A stretch of DNA of 51,018 nucleotides. It comes from Thermodesulfobacteriota bacterium (lineage in GTDB: Bacteria; Desulfobacterota; Desulfobulbia; Desulfobulbales; SURF-16). Of this stretch, positions 19,492-29,269 are shown piece by piece (position 1 is the stretch's first letter; each line of letters begins with the position of its first letter). Where the stretch lies: assembly GCA_039715015.1 (NCBI GenBank), contig JBDLIE010000017.1:1-51018 (forward strand), read 5' to 3'. The position numbers were made by a program, and so were the translations under genes. The notes beneath the pieces were generated by a model. It made no database searches. It saw only the letters and a program-made list of their open reading frames with translations, and was not told where the DNA came from.

Positions 19492-19640
19492 AAATACCTA
19501 AGTAGAAGGAATTGTTGGAAAGTGAGAAGGAAAGCAAGGTGTTAATATTTAGCTTAGTATTTTCAATATGGAATTGTCATGGATTTTTTACAACAGCAGA
19601 AGGTTAAAAAGTGGAACTTGTTCATAAAATAAAGTATCAA

Positions 19641-19690
19641 TAAGGGTAGGCTAACTTTTTCTTGACAAGGTAACTTCGGCTCTGTAAAAA
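19641..19690 (+). promoter_or_regulatory. DtxR/IdeR-like operator adjacent to a sigma-70 promoter of feoA
   Basis: TAAGGGTAGGCTAACTTTT (19641-19659) matches TTAGGTTAGSCTAACCTAA at 14/19; TTGACA at 19662-19667, weak -10 TAAAAA 17 bp later. Confidence 0.6.
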
Positions 19691-19745
19691 GCTTTTTTAG
19701 TTGCCTCCTGATTGAGGGTATTCCAATTTTTGCAGGGGAGTTTAA

Positions 19746-20060
19746 ATGCGTTTTTTTTGCTCAAATAAGAAATGTCAGGATGAGAGTCGTGACAAAGGAA
19801 CCTGTACAAAAATATCCTGTCACAAGGGTTGTATGCCCCTCAGTGAGGTGAAGGCCGGAAAATGTGTCTGTGTTCGCCATTATAATGGTTGCGGCAAGAT
19901 GCGTAAGCGCTTGCTTGATATGGGACTTACCCCCAAAGCCAAGGTGGATGTCGTTCGGAAGGCCCCTTTGGGAGACCCTATTCTTCTTAAAATAGGTGGT
20001 TACGATATTACCCTCAGCGAATCTGAGGCTGTTCATGTTGAAGTGGCGCCTGTCGATTAA
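19746..20060 (+). CDS. feoA: FeoA-family protein with Cys-rich N-terminal extension
   Basis: RKRLLDMGLTP...VVRKAPLGDPI...ITLSESEA; GGGGAG RBS. Confidence 0.9.
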   Translation: MRFFCSNKKCQDESRDKGTCTKISCHKGCMPLSEVKAGKCVCVRHYNGCGKMRKRLLDMGLTPKAKVDVVRKAPLGDPILLKIGGYDITLSESEAVHVEVAPVD

Positions 20061-20445
20061 AAGGGGCGCGATGTCAAAGGGTTACATGTTTTTAAAAGGC
20101 TTTTTAAAAGGGTCTTTTTCTTGATTTCCGTTCAAAAGGCATCTTTTTCTGCATTTTTTTAATTAAATCCGCAATCTGCTGTTTTTTTAGTAGATCTTCT
20201 CTGTTGGAAGAGGTATTTTAATACCCAGTGGTTATCGTCTTAATTTTTCAACGAATTTTTCTGGAAGGAGGAGTGGCGAATGGATCATTCCCGGGTTTCA
20301 AGAAAAATAATTTTTCTTGAAGATTCAGAAGTGCCCTTTTTCCCCTTTCTATCTCCGTTTGAACGGTCGATTCATTCATCTGCGTTTCATAGCCTTGTAT
20401 TGTCTGGAGAGACATTACATCAACCCATGCTTGTAAGGATAAAAA

Positions 20446-21312
20446 ATGGCTGCGGTTGTTGAACAGGAGTTGTTCCAGGCATGTCAGGTCATCTTTGGTG
20501 ATGATCTGAATATTTCCACAGAATTTCTCGAATATGTCCAGATGTCCGGGGTTAAAAGCGCCTATCGTAAACGTGCCAAGGAAACCCATCCCGACACATT
20601 GGTTGGTCTGGGAGAAAGGGCCCAGCTTCGTGGCTCCCAGCAATTTCAGGCAGTTCAGCAGGCATATAAGAACCTCAGCGCCTATCTTGACGCGCGGGAA
20701 AAGGGGTTTGTTCACGTCATAAGGCCTCATTCGCTAAAAGAATCAGCCCCTCACAGAAAGGCGTGGACCAACAGATCTGCCCGGACAGATTTTTCTAAAA
20801 AACAGGCAAAGGCCCGCCAGCAAAAAAAGCAGGCAAAGGGTCCTTGCTTTCACGGCGGCAAATATTCCAAGCCACGGCCTACCCATAGGGGAACGCAGGG
20901 TAATCTCTTTACCGGCAGGCTCCCTGATCGGCCTCTTCTTTTTGGACATTTTCTCTACTATTCCGGTCTTGTTGATTGGCAGTCCATAATCAAGGCCTTG
21001 GTCTGGCAGCGCAGCAACCGGCCACGACTCGGCGATATAGGCCGCCGCTTCGGCTGGCTCACCCCCGAGGATGTTGTCTCCATTCTCAAGACCCCTGATG
21101 GGCGGCCTTTTGGGAAGAGAGCTGTTGAAAAAGGCTTGCTCACCCCACGGCAGTTGCGGACCCTTCTCGCCTTTCAGAAGTCACAGCAGAGTCGAATCGG
21201 AGAATATTTCGTTCGGAAACGGATTATCGACAGGGTTCACTTCGATGAGATCCTTGGCAAGTATCACGCCCACAACCAGAAACAAAATAAGAAGCTTCGC
21301 AAGGCCTCTTAA
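20446..21312 (+). CDS. J-domain protein with C-terminal MshEN-like repeats
   Basis: VKSAYRKRAKETHPD J-domain motif; RLGDI..FGWLT, PFGKRAVEKGLLT..QL..LL..Q, RIGEYFV repeats. Confidence 0.85.
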   Translation: MAAVVEQELFQACQVIFGDDLNISTEFLEYVQMSGVKSAYRKRAKETHPDTLVGLGERAQLRGSQQFQAVQQAYKNLSAYLDAREKGFVHVIRPHSLKESAPHRKAWTNRSARTDFSKKQAKARQQKKQAKGPCFHGGKYSKPRPTHRGTQGNLFTGRLPDRPLLFGHFLYYSGLVDWQSIIKALVWQRSNRPRLGDIGRRFGWLTPEDVVSILKTPDGRPFGKRAVEKGLLTPRQLRTLLAFQKSQQSRIGEYFVRKRIIDRVHFDEILGKYHAHNQKQNKKLRKAS

Positions 21313-21336
21313 TTTGTCAGCCACCCACCTTTTTTC

Positions 21337-23166
21337 GTGAGCTATAACAACCTCCTCTATCTCCTGGTTGTCATTTTTCTGCTGTCGTCTCAACCGGTTC
21401 CGGACCAGGCAGCCTTGCCCTTCTGGCAGGCTTCTCTTCTTTTTGTTGGCAAGTTTTGTTTGTTTCATTTTATCTGCCGGCGTTTTTTTTCTGCCAGTCG
21501 GGTGCAGCAGGTACGAAAATATTTACAGGTTGAAAAATATCTAACCTTCCTGGCCATTGCTTTTCTGGCCATGGATATTTACCTGCTTGATTGCCTCTAC
21601 TATTTCTCCCTGTTGCCTTTTGCCGGAAGTGTGCCAATCCTAGGCAGATTTTTGGGCCTCCTCCTCTTCTTTGCCTATCTTGCTACTATCTGGTTTGCCG
21701 CCTCAATTCGAAGCATTGCGATTTTTGGCAGGGCCACTAAGACCATCAGTTTTGTTACGGAGAATATCCGCTCCAACCTGCCCATTGTTCTGCCCTGGCT
21801 TTTCATATCCCTGGTCCTGGATATTTTGAACATACTGCCGGTGCCGGCGATCAGAACCTTCATGAACTCCGGCTCAGGGGAAATCGTCGTTCTTGCAGTT
21901 TTTTTTCTTTTTCTTGCCCTGGTCTTCCCTCCTCTTCTTTTGAAAATATGGGGCTGTCATCCCATGGCACCCGGTTATGTTCGCGGCCAATTAGAATCTT
22001 TTTGTCGCAGACTGAACCTTGGTTACCAGGATATTATGGTTTGGCCACTTTTTGGCGGCCAGATGGTAACAGCCGGGGTTGTAGGCTTTATTGCCCGGTT
22101 TCGATATATTCTGGTGACCCCCGGCCTGCTTGCCAGTTTAACCGCCGACGAGATCGATGCAGTTCTTGCCCATGAAATCGGCCATGTTAAGCGCTACCAT
22201 ATGCAGCTCTATCTTTTTGTTTTGGTAGGTTTTTCGATCATTATTAATCCCATTGTCGAATTGTTTCTCTATGGTGTGTTGCACGGCGACTGGTTTTATC
22301 AACTGGCAGACCGAATCAATGTCACGACCGCAGATCTCCTTGAATTTTCTCTGCCTGCTGCGCTCCTTGTGCTGGTGGTTTTCTTTTTGCGCTTTGTCTT
22401 TGCATTTTTTATGAGAAATTTCGAACGACAGGCCGACCTGCACGCCTTTACTTCTCTGGGAAGTGGGGCGGCCATCAGTGACGCCCTTGAAAAGGTGGCC
22501 TTGGTCAGCGGCGATATTCGGGACCTGCCTAGTTGGCATCATTTTGGTATCAGCCAGCGTGTTGATTTTCTGGCGGCGTGCGATAAGGATCCAGGACTGG
22601 TGCAAAAACATCATCGTAAGGTGTATCTGGCCCTGGGTTTCTATTGCCTGTTGATTATGGTCGCCGGGACTCTTCATTTCACCCTCCCTGATGATTTGGT
22701 TGAAAATGCCGTTACGGAGAGGGTCATTGTTCAGCTGGAAGAGGAAGCCGCCCGGGAACCGGGAAGTTATCAGATCTATTGGGCACTGGGTGACATCCAC
22801 TACCGCCGTCAGGCATATGGCGAAGCCATAGCAGCCTATGAACAGTCATTGAAGATCGTCCCGCAAAATCCTGAAGTCCTTAATAATCTGGCTTGGCTCT
22901 TGGTGACGAGTGACGATGCACGCTTTATTGATGCAGATTATGGGGTTATTCTGGCCTCTAAGGCCGTGGCTTTGAAACCGGCCCCCCACATATTAGACAC
23001 CCTGGCTCATGCCTATTGGCTCCAGGATGAAAAAGAGATGGCCTTGGAGATTGAGAAAAGGGCCCTTGCCACTGCTCGTCCAAGGGATAAAAAGATGTAC
23101 GCTGACCAGCTCAAGAAGTGGCAGGATTCGTTAACAGAGATACCAGAGCAAAGCCAGCAATTTTAA
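21337..23166 (+). CDS. M48-family integral membrane zinc metalloprotease with C-terminal TPRs
   Basis: AVLAHEIGH, FERQAD, multiple TMs, TPR-like NPEVLNNLAW / ILDTLA; GTG start. Confidence 0.92.
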   Translation: MSYNNLLYLLVVIFLLSSQPVPDQAALPFWQASLLFVGKFCLFHFICRRFFSASRVQQVRKYLQVEKYLTFLAIAFLAMDIYLLDCLYYFSLLPFAGSVPILGRFLGLLLFFAYLATIWFAASIRSIAIFGRATKTISFVTENIRSNLPIVLPWLFISLVLDILNILPVPAIRTFMNSGSGEIVVLAVFFLFLALVFPPLLLKIWGCHPMAPGYVRGQLESFCRRLNLGYQDIMVWPLFGGQMVTAGVVGFIARFRYILVTPGLLASLTADEIDAVLAHEIGHVKRYHMQLYLFVLVGFSIIINPIVELFLYGVLHGDWFYQLADRINVTTADLLEFSLPAALLVLVVFFLRFVFAFFMRNFERQADLHAFTSLGSGAAISDALEKVALVSGDIRDLPSWHHFGISQRVDFLAACDKDPGLVQKHHRKVYLALGFYCLLIMVAGTLHFTLPDDLVENAVTERVIVQLEEEAAREPGSYQIYWALGDIHYRRQAYGEAIAAYEQSLKIVPQNPEVLNNLAWLLVTSDDARFIDADYGVILASKAVALKPAPHILDTLAHAYWLQDEKEMALEIEKRALATARPRDKKMYADQLKKWQDSLTEIPEQSQQF

Positions 23167-23167
23167 A

Positions 23168-23848
23168 CTAGGGCAGGGCGATATCGTTCTGAAAGTGAAG
23201 GTCTGCCAGGGGGTGCCCGTCCACAAGGCTCGCCCCGATCAGTTGGCCGAAATTTTCTGCGGTGGCCTGCTGCTCTTTATTGTGCCCGTAACGCGGGTAA
23301 TGGCCACTCATCAGCGCCATCTTTTCCGGGTGTTTACCGCTGAGCTTTAAAAATACTCCCAAGGTGCGCCACGGCTCCCTTATTGGGTGGCTGAAGATAA
23401 TGGCGTTAACCATTCGAGCGCCACATTTCTTGAGAAAACCTTTCAGCCCCCAGAGATGCATGCGCCAGTAGCCTCGACAGGATATAAGGGGAATAACGTT
23501 TTTATTTTGCAACAAATGGCGGCTGTCCCGGTCGAAAAAGGAAAGCATCGGCCCGCTGGGATGATAGGACCAAGTGGGGCCAGCTAAGATGACAAGATCA
23601 CTCTCTTTACGGCACGATGCAGAAAGCGGTTCAATGGCATGGCGCTCCCTCAAGAAGGTGCGGAGCATCATTAATATTGTTTTTGGAACAGATCCAAAGG
23701 GAAAGCGGATAGGACTAAGGGGTTGCAATCGTTCATGGTGGACATCGCAGCCCGAGCTTTGCAGGCCGCTCACCAGGCTGTTGAGCAGCCCTGAGGTCTG
23801 GCCGCTCAGGGAGAAGGAGATGATGAGGATGGAAGGAGATGGTTTCAT
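23168..23848 (-). CDS. Flavodoxin-like protein (DarA-like)
   Basis: SFSLSGQT loop, LAGPTWS, ISCRGYW. Confidence 0.7.
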   Translation of the reverse strand: MKPSPSILIISFSLSGQTSGLLNSLVSGLQSSGCDVHHERLQPLSPIRFPFGSVPKTILMMLRTFLRERHAIEPLSASCRKESDLVILAGPTWSYHPSGPMLSFFDRDSRHLLQNKNVIPLISCRGYWRMHLWGLKGFLKKCGARMVNAIIFSHPIREPWRTLGVFLKLSGKHPEKMALMSGHYPRYGHNKEQQATAENFGQLIGASLVDGHPLADLHFQNDIALP

Positions 23849-23996
23849 GGTAACGTTTTTCTATGCTTAGATCTGGCGCGATTCCGCTTTATACTTTATT
23901 CAATGAGAGAGATGTTGTCATCACAACTTTTGGTAGAAGAGTGGCTAACTGGTGTGGGGATTTATTGAAGCGTTTTAAATTATCTGCAGGGAGAGC

Positions 23997-25367
23997 ATGG
24001 AAAAGAAAGATGTCATCATAATCGGCGGCGGGATTTCCGGTCTGGCCTGCGCCCATTTTTTAAGGCAGGAGAGGCCTGAGCTCTCAGTGCTCATTGTTGA
24101 GAAATCAGATCATGCCGGCGGCGTCATCCGTTCTCATCACGAGGATGGCTACCTCTGTGAGTGGGGACCCCATGGCTTTCTCGATAACAAGGAAGAGACA
24201 CGGGAGATATTGGCGGACCTCCATCTCATGGCAGACATTCAACGCGCTCCATTGCGGGATTTTCATCGTTTTCTCTGCCGTCATGGCCGGCTCATAGCCT
24301 TGCCTCAGAAGCCTCAGGAGCTTGTCACCTCGAAACTTCTTACTGCCTGGGATAAGCTGCGACTGCTTGGCGATCTCTGGAAAAAGCCCCTGGCCGGCAA
24401 TCCCACCATTGGCCAGTGGGTTGCCTATCGTTTCGGCAAAGGCGTGTTGCCCCTGGTCGATGCGGCCGTTACCGGCACCTTCTCCGGTGATTTTGAGAAG
24501 CTGAGCATGGATGCGGTGATGCCTGGTGTCCGGAAGCTGGAGGCGGAACATGGCTCCCTCTTGCGGGGCCTGAAGAAAAAAGCTGCGGCATCAGAAGAAA
24601 AATCCCTGGCGCCGTTGCCGGCCATGATTAATTTTCCCCAAGGTCTGGAAAGATTGGTGCAGAGTATGGCTGTGGGGCATGATATAAAGACCGGATGCGA
24701 GGTCCATGACCTGGAGCAAAAGGAAGGGGGCTGGCAGCTTGCGACCAGCGCAGGCCCTCTTGTTGCCGATCATGTCATTTGCGCCCTGCCGATGAATAAT
24801 GCCCTGCCGCTTCTCGCCTCTTTTAAAGAGCCGCCAGTGCAAGAGGTGCCTGAGTCGCATATCTGTAACGTCACCCTTGGTTTTGACGATAATGGCGCCA
24901 TCCCCAAGGGGTTCGGCTATCTGGCCCCAGAATGTGAAAACCGCTTTAGCCTGGGTTGCATGTTCACCTCCAGGATGTTTCCGGGCCGGGCCCCCCAGGG
25001 CAAGGTCCTGCTAGAGGCCCTGGTGGGTGGGCGAAGGCACCCCGAACGCCTTGAGTTGGACGACGCCGTGATTGTTAGTCGTGTTGTTGAAGACCTGCGA
25101 CTGTTACTGGACCTGCCCGAAGCCCCGGAGTTTGTCAAGGTGCTGCGACCAAAGAGCGGCATTCCCCAGATGGAAAAAGACCATCTTGACCTCCTGGGCT
25201 GGCGTACCAGCCTGGAACAGGACTACCCCGGACTTTCTATCTGCGGTTTTGGTTGGGATGGGATTGGGATCAACGATATGACCCGGTCCGCACGCCAGGC
25301 TGTGTCAGCAACGTGCCAGGAGAGGAGAGACGAGCAGGATCCTGAGGTGAAACCCGTCTATTTCTAA
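23997..25367 (+). CDS. hemG: HemY-type proto/coproporphyrinogen oxidase
   Basis: IIGGGISGL FAD motif, GGVIRS, EWGPHGF, GFGYL, FPGRAP, IPQ, GIGIND. Confidence 0.9.
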   Translation: MEKKDVIIIGGGISGLACAHFLRQERPELSVLIVEKSDHAGGVIRSHHEDGYLCEWGPHGFLDNKEETREILADLHLMADIQRAPLRDFHRFLCRHGRLIALPQKPQELVTSKLLTAWDKLRLLGDLWKKPLAGNPTIGQWVAYRFGKGVLPLVDAAVTGTFSGDFEKLSMDAVMPGVRKLEAEHGSLLRGLKKKAAASEEKSLAPLPAMINFPQGLERLVQSMAVGHDIKTGCEVHDLEQKEGGWQLATSAGPLVADHVICALPMNNALPLLASFKEPPVQEVPESHICNVTLGFDDNGAIPKGFGYLAPECENRFSLGCMFTSRMFPGRAPQGKVLLEALVGGRRHPERLELDDAVIVSRVVEDLRLLLDLPEAPEFVKVLRPKSGIPQMEKDHLDLLGWRTSLEQDYPGLSICGFGWDGIGINDMTRSARQAVSATCQERRDEQDPEVKPVYF

Positions 25368-27133
25368 AGAATCCCTTCACCGGTCGGAAGATCTTTTTTA
25401 TGAAGATCGCTGTAAATATCGGCAAAATCGTCCTGCCGTTTCTCAAGTATGGTCATGAGGTCCGGGCCAAAAATCATATCTCCACTCTTGCCGGTGCGGT
25501 TATCTTTACGCATGATGGCCATGGTTTTTTTGTGGCTGAATCCCGGTTTATAGGGTCTGGGGCTCCGCAGGGCATCATAGACATCAGATAGAGTTACTAT
25601 CCTGCCTTCCAGGGGAATCTGCTCGCCCTTGAGAGGGCGAAGGTCGCTGAAGTTGATGGGGCTGCTGTGACTTATGTCTGATATCTCTCCAGAAGGCAGA
25701 ATAAGGGCTGGATAGCCGCTGCCGTCCCATCGTTGATGGTGATGGAGGGCGATATTACGGGCCATGTGAAGACGAGAATCAATGTGAGTGCTTCCTGCCA
25801 CCATTTGATCAATGATCTGGGCACCGATAAGGGTGTGCCTTTCCATCGTGCGCCACTCATCCCTGTTGAGCTTTCGCTCCAGTTTGATGATGTGAGGAAT
25901 GGCCACCTTGCCGATGTCGTGGATGGCGGCAACCTGGCCGATGCCGCGGCAAAAATCTAAATCCATCCCAAGATCGCCAGCCGCCAGGCGGGCATACTCA
26001 TTGACCCGGAGAATATGGGTTCCTGTAATCTCATCGCTGAACTCAGCTGCTGCGCAGAGGCCTGTGATTGCCTGCAAAAAGAGATGTTCGTTGGACTCGG
26101 CAAGATCAATAAGGCGTGTAACCGTCCGGGCTGTGTTAACCACCGTTGCCATGGCAAAGAGGTCATTTTTTGAAATAAGTGGAAGCTTGTTAAAGGCGAT
26201 GATGGACAATTCGCCCTGGTGGTAATTGACGAAATTCTCTAAAGGTTGGGCAATGAAAGAGAGGACCTGGGGATCAAACTGGAACCTTTTGGTAAACTCC
26301 TGATGGCTTTCTTCAGGACGGCGCTGGCCGCTGACCATCTGTTTCTGTAAGGTGGATTGCCAGATGGAAACCGATGCATCAGGAGCAATGGAAATATTTG
26401 TAGATTTTTCGAGTTCTTTATCGGCGAGTTTGAAAACCTGGCCCTGGAGATGACCCTCATTTTTTTTCCGAGCAATAAACACGGCATGGTAGCCTTCAAT
26501 AAGGATAAGGCGGGCCAGGCGCTCATAGCTGTCATTGTTGTAAACAAGTTCCTTGAGTGAGTCGGCAATCTCCAGGTTGAAATTATGGATTTGGCCCAGG
26601 CGATGGTCTAATTCTTTCTGGTGGGTGATATCTGAGAACCAGACAAGGATTTCGCTATCAGCCCGTGTTGTGCGAATTCGGTACCAGCGCGCCACTTGCT
26701 CAATGTAGGTTTCATAATCGTTGCTTGGCCCAGGTTGCTGGAGGGAGGTAACTATTTCGCTGAGCAGCTCCTCGTCGATGAGCTGGGTGATGTTGGTGAT
26801 GGCAAGCTGGTCAAAGAGGGCTTTGGTCTTGCCGCTGGCAGCCAGAATGTTGCCCTCCGCATCCATTAAAAAGGCAGGGTCCTGCCTTCTGGCCGGAAGG
26901 AGAAGCAGGCGTTCCTCATACTGACTGGTAAGGTGGATAGCTGCCTGGATTAAAACAAGTATGACAAAGGTGACGACGGCTGGTGTGTAGAAAGAAAGAC
27001 CCGCTGTTTTACCTGGCAGCAGGTGGAGGGCCAGACCAATGACCAGAGCGATAATATAATTGCCTGGTTTTTGCAGCTCCTTAAGAACAAGGCGGCTGAA
27101 ACAGAGGATATTTGAGCATCGGACCGGCGGCAT
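25364..27133 (-). CDS. Membrane-anchored HD-GYP phosphodiesterase with PAS/GAF-like region
   Basis: TGTHILRV, HDIGK, HTLIG, HHQRWDGSGYP, DVYDALRSPRPYK; two N-terminal TMs. Confidence 0.9.
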   Translation of the reverse strand: MPPVRCSNILCFSRLVLKELQKPGNYIIALVIGLALHLLPGKTAGLSFYTPAVVTFVILVLIQAAIHLTSQYEERLLLLPARRQDPAFLMDAEGNILAASGKTKALFDQLAITNITQLIDEELLSEIVTSLQQPGPSNDYETYIEQVARWYRIRTTRADSEILVWFSDITHQKELDHRLGQIHNFNLEIADSLKELVYNNDSYERLARLILIEGYHAVFIARKKNEGHLQGQVFKLADKELEKSTNISIAPDASVSIWQSTLQKQMVSGQRRPEESHQEFTKRFQFDPQVLSFIAQPLENFVNYHQGELSIIAFNKLPLISKNDLFAMATVVNTARTVTRLIDLAESNEHLFLQAITGLCAAAEFSDEITGTHILRVNEYARLAAGDLGMDLDFCRGIGQVAAIHDIGKVAIPHIIKLERKLNRDEWRTMERHTLIGAQIIDQMVAGSTHIDSRLHMARNIALHHHQRWDGSGYPALILPSGEISDISHSSPINFSDLRPLKGEQIPLEGRIVTLSDVYDALRSPRPYKPGFSHKKTMAIMRKDNRTGKSGDMIFGPDLMTILEKRQDDFADIYSDLHKKDLPTGEGIL

Positions 27134-27159
27134 AATAAGTTTTGTGATTGTTTTATGAT

Positions 27160-27567
27160 TTAATGATCATCCCCAGCGTATATCCACATTGACGCAGTTT
27201 TTCCGGCCTGTGTAAAGCCACATTTTTTATAAAATCCTATGGCGTCGGCATCGGCTGTAATCATGTGTTGATGAAAGCCCTGATATTTTTCTAATAATTT
27301 CGCCATGAGCATTTTGCCGATGCCTTGCCCTTGATAGTCAGGCAACACCAGCATGTGGGGATAATAGACGACTAGGTGGCCATCTGAAATGGCATTGGCA
27401 AGGCCCACCAAGGTGTCATTGTCCCAGGCGCTGATAAGGGCGTGGGAGTTATGTAATGCCTGCTGTAATGTGGCGGGTTTCTCAGCAGAGGACCAGTTGT
27501 TTGCTCTATACAAATGTACTATCTGCTCTCGGGCAATCTCGGTTTTTTCATTGTACGTGATCGGCAT
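27160..27567 (-). CDS. GNAT N-acetyltransferase
   Basis: VLPDYQGQGIGKML, FYKKCGF. Confidence 0.92.
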   Translation of the reverse strand: MPITYNEKTEIAREQIVHLYRANNWSSAEKPATLQQALHNSHALISAWDNDTLVGLANAISDGHLVVYYPHMLVLPDYQGQGIGKMLMAKLLEKYQGFHQHMITADADAIGFYKKCGFTQAGKTASMWIYAGDDH

Positions 27568-27581
27568 GTGTGCAAGTCAGG

Positions 27582-28039
27582 TTAGCTTGTTTGTTGCGCT
27601 GAAAGGTCTGTGGTTATTTCAATATCTGACTCGTTTGTCAGGGCGGTAAATAATTGGCTGTCGAGTGTTTGTAAGGGAGTTTTTATGTCCAGTTTCCTGA
27701 AAAGCTTTCTGAGGTCTGATCTCAAATAGCAAAAAGGGATTTCAAGAACGGGAAAGCAGTGGCAAACAATCTCCCTTGCCTTAGGAGGTGTTTCAGGATT
27801 GCTGGGATGATGTTCGTCTAAAATCCTGCAACAGCCTACCTATAAAATGTACTCACCCCTAGAACAGATGACACACCAGCCCCAATCTTCGGGGGAGTAT
27901 CTCGATATCTATATGGCCGAGAGCTGTGAGTCTTTTTGTGTCCACCCGGCAAGCTGCCTGCCGTAACAGCCAGGATTTGTTTGCTCATCTTGGCCTGAAC
28001 CTATGGTGAACAGGGTAGACCGAACAAATAACCGTCCAT
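27582..28039 (-). pseudogene. Disrupted ~150-aa hypothetical protein (NPGCYGRQLA...PEDWGWCV motif)
   Basis: Manual translation joins across two frameshifts (~28020, ~27935) and an in-frame TAG (27840-27842): MDGYLF/RSTLFTIGSGQDEQTNPGCYGRQLAGWTQK/RLTALGHIDIEILPEDWGWCVICSRGEYIL*VGCC...AQQTS. Confidence 0.65.
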
Positions 28040-28106
28040 AATTATCCAGCTGGTGTCAACGTACAGGGTATCCGCCGAGGGGCCCTAAGTCAGGGGTCTT
28101 GATGCC

Positions 28107-28580
28107 TTATAGCCAGCGCCTAACCTTGTTTTTGTATTGAAGATATTCATCCCCAAAGCTATTTTCTAGGTAGCGTTCTTCTCGGTCAATAACGACAAGG
28201 TTGAAATAGGCAAAGAGGAGAGTAGATGCACCTAAGTGCCATGCTGAATCTGAGAATATCCCTATGGTCACCATGGCACCCAGGAGTGCCAGGTATAAAG
28301 GGTTTCTTGTAAAGCGAAAGGGCCCCTTGGTGATGAACTTTGTTGTTGGCTTATTGTAGTTAATTGCCGTTTTGCTTTTTCTCATCAGCATGAATGAGTT
28401 TAAGGCGATAGCTCCTGAGAGGATGAACAGAGGGAAGCCGATGGCCAAACGGAGAGCCCATGAGTGGAGGGTGAGGGAGAGGGGGAGCAGCCATTGTCCC
28501 AAGAAGCCCATGGATACGAAAGCGAAAAAAATGATAGGAGGAGGAATAATCCCTTTGAAATATTTTTCTTGCTCCGTCAT
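28107..28580 (-). CDS. Isoprenylcysteine carboxyl methyltransferase / PEMT-family membrane protein
   Basis: GPFRFTRNPLY, REERYL..FGDEYLQYKNKVRRWL. Confidence 0.9.
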   Translation of the reverse strand: MTEQEKYFKGIIPPPIIFFAFVSMGFLGQWLLPLSLTLHSWALRLAIGFPLFILSGAIALNSFMLMRKSKTAINYNKPTTKFITKGPFRFTRNPLYLALLGAMVTIGIFSDSAWHLGASTLLFAYFNLVVIDREERYLENSFGDEYLQYKNKVRRWL

Positions 28581-28628
28581 AAATTCACTCAGTGAGATTG
28601 AACAAACTTAGATTTGTAGATAGCAATT

Positions 28629-28661
28629 CTTCCCCTGCACGAGCAGCAGGGGAAGTCTTTT
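28629..28661. terminator. Rho-independent terminator-like hairpin downstream of the T2SS operon
   Basis: CTTCCCCTGC-N7-GCAGGGGAAG followed by TCTTTT. Confidence 0.55.
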
Positions 28662-28789
28662 CGATAGATCTCCTCTGGGAAGATTTCGTTTTCATTCTCA
28701 CAGAGATGGCAGGCAATTTTCTATAAATGAATGGACTTTTTGGGTGTCATCTCCAGCCAACTTTTCGAGATTGCCATAAGGTATTTTTC

Positions 28790-29224
28790 CTACCAACTGC
28801 CGATATCCTTGTCTTCCTTGGTGCCGCCTTCGCGGTTGTCCTTGCCCAGGGTGAAGATGTCTATTTCACCGTACTGGCCTGGGTTCTGGTAATTATAGTC
28901 ACGTTTCCAGGGATCTTGGGGGATGGCCTTGGCAAGGTAGGGGCCGTCCCAATCTTCGATGCCTGGATCGGTGATCAAGGCTGAGATACCCTCATTCGGG
29001 CTGGGAAAGTCGCCGACATCCATGCGGTAGGCGTTCATGGCCGTCATCAGCATCTCAATCTGGGTCTTAGCCGTCTGCTGCTTGGCTTTTCTTACCTGGC
29101 TATAATATTTCGGCACGGCAATAGTGGCGATGAAGCCGAGGATGACCATAACGGCCATCAGCTCCAGTAGTGAAAAGCCATGGTTGTTTAATTTAATATG
29201 TTTATTTTCTTCACGTTTTCTCAC
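28790..29224 (-). CDS. gspG: T2SS major pseudopilin GspG
   Basis: G|FSLLELMAV N-methylation site, YRMDVGDFP, WDGPYL, DPW...Y.YQNPG, GKD...GG...DKDI. Confidence 0.95.
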   Translation of the reverse strand: MRKREENKHIKLNNHGFSLLELMAVMVILGFIATIAVPKYYSQVRKAKQQTAKTQIEMLMTAMNAYRMDVGDFPSPNEGISALITDPGIEDWDGPYLAKAIPQDPWKRDYNYQNPGQYGEIDIFTLGKDNREGGTKEDKDIGSW

Positions 29225-29269
29225 AAGGGCACCTTTTCGTTTGTTGATGGTTCTTACAGGGGGTTGATC

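Noticed and set aside
27840..27842. Pyrrolysine/amber read-through at the in-frame TAG
   Set aside because: The same gene also has two frameshifts, so ordinary decay is the simpler explanation
28040..28106. attC site between ICMT gene and pseudogene
   Set aside because: TAAG rather than TAAC and GTTGACA rather than GTTRRRY; no convincing L-box pairing
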